Below, piece by piece: positions 63,727-64,000 of a DNA stretch of 64,000 nucleotides (position 1 is its first letter; each line of letters starts with the position of its first letter). The translations under genes were made by a program, and so were the position numbers. This DNA is from a virus. The stretch spans positions 6,192 through 70,191 of IMG/VR virus record IMGVR_UViG_3300035002_000022; one strand, given 5' to 3'. A model generated the notes under the pieces. It was given only the letters and a program-made list of their open reading frames with translations. It was not told where the DNA came from and did no database searches.

Positions 63727-63756
63727 AATGCCGCGACTTGGCAACAGCCGATCGCT

Positions 63757-63957
63757 TCAGGGCACAAATTTGACGTTGTACCGCTCACAGCAATCAATAA
63801 ATTCAGCCTCGGTTTCAGCCCATATGTAGCCGATACCTCTCGCTGAAACCTGATAATTATTTGGGGCGTACAAAGTGTGCGCGACATCACGAGCAATCAA
63901 AGAGCCGTCTCTGAGTTGGTTGAAATCAATCAAACAGATGAGCGATCGTACCTGCAT
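63757..63957 (-). CDS. hypothetical protein
   Basis: 66 aa; convergent with the acyltransferase. Confidence 0.45.
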   Translation of the reverse strand: MQVRSLICLIDFNQLRDGSLIARDVAHTLYAPNNYQVSARGIGYIWAETEAEFIDCCERYNVKFVP

Positions 63958-64000
63958 CTGCTCTACAAAATAAGCATAATCGTTTGAGAAATTCGACTCG

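Noticed and set aside
1-64000. CRISPR array suggested by very frequent GCGATCGC
   Set aside because: These are dispersed HIP1 octamers, mostly inside ORFs; no regularly spaced repeat-spacer array or cas gene was seen
1-64000. Integrase/attachment site or replication initiator
   Set aside because: No tyrosine or serine recombinase, primase or Rep motifs were recognised; lifestyle cannot be settled from this window alone

Overview
This window is a slice of a large temperate, long-tailed (siphovirus-like) phage of a cyanobacterium. The host is inferred from very dense HIP1 octamers (GCGATCGC) and from cyanobacterial-type pilin and IS families. The element runs off both ends, and no integrase or replication initiator is visible. 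A ParM/ParR-like partition locus with 10-bp iterons suggests a plasmid-like prophage. Structural genes form two divergent arms. The head arm is on + (terminase, portal, protease, major capsid, connector, a 1222-aa fibre; 49.3-63.0 kb). The tail arm is on - (completion genes, tail tube, chaperone with a GGGAAAG -1 frameshift, 3007-aa tape measure, Dit-like protein, LamG-tipped hub, a third tail block; 45.8 kb down to 14.9 kb) and is broken up by accessory islands. Three apparently intact RNA-guided transposon nucleases (one IscB, two TnpB) are present without a transposase. The most unusual items are: (1) a complete type IV major pilin as the last gene of the tail-tip operon; (2) a ParMR plus membrane FtsK/HerA-like ATPase plus triple-enzyme wall hydrolase operon, a candidate cell-to-cell DNA spreading module; (3) two inverted paralogous early cassettes sharing a covarying, RBS-sequestering RNA structure; (4) an RHH-tnpB element with its own operator that splits a phage gene; (5) enzyme domains inside the tape measure. 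All family calls come from motif reading only; no database search was run.
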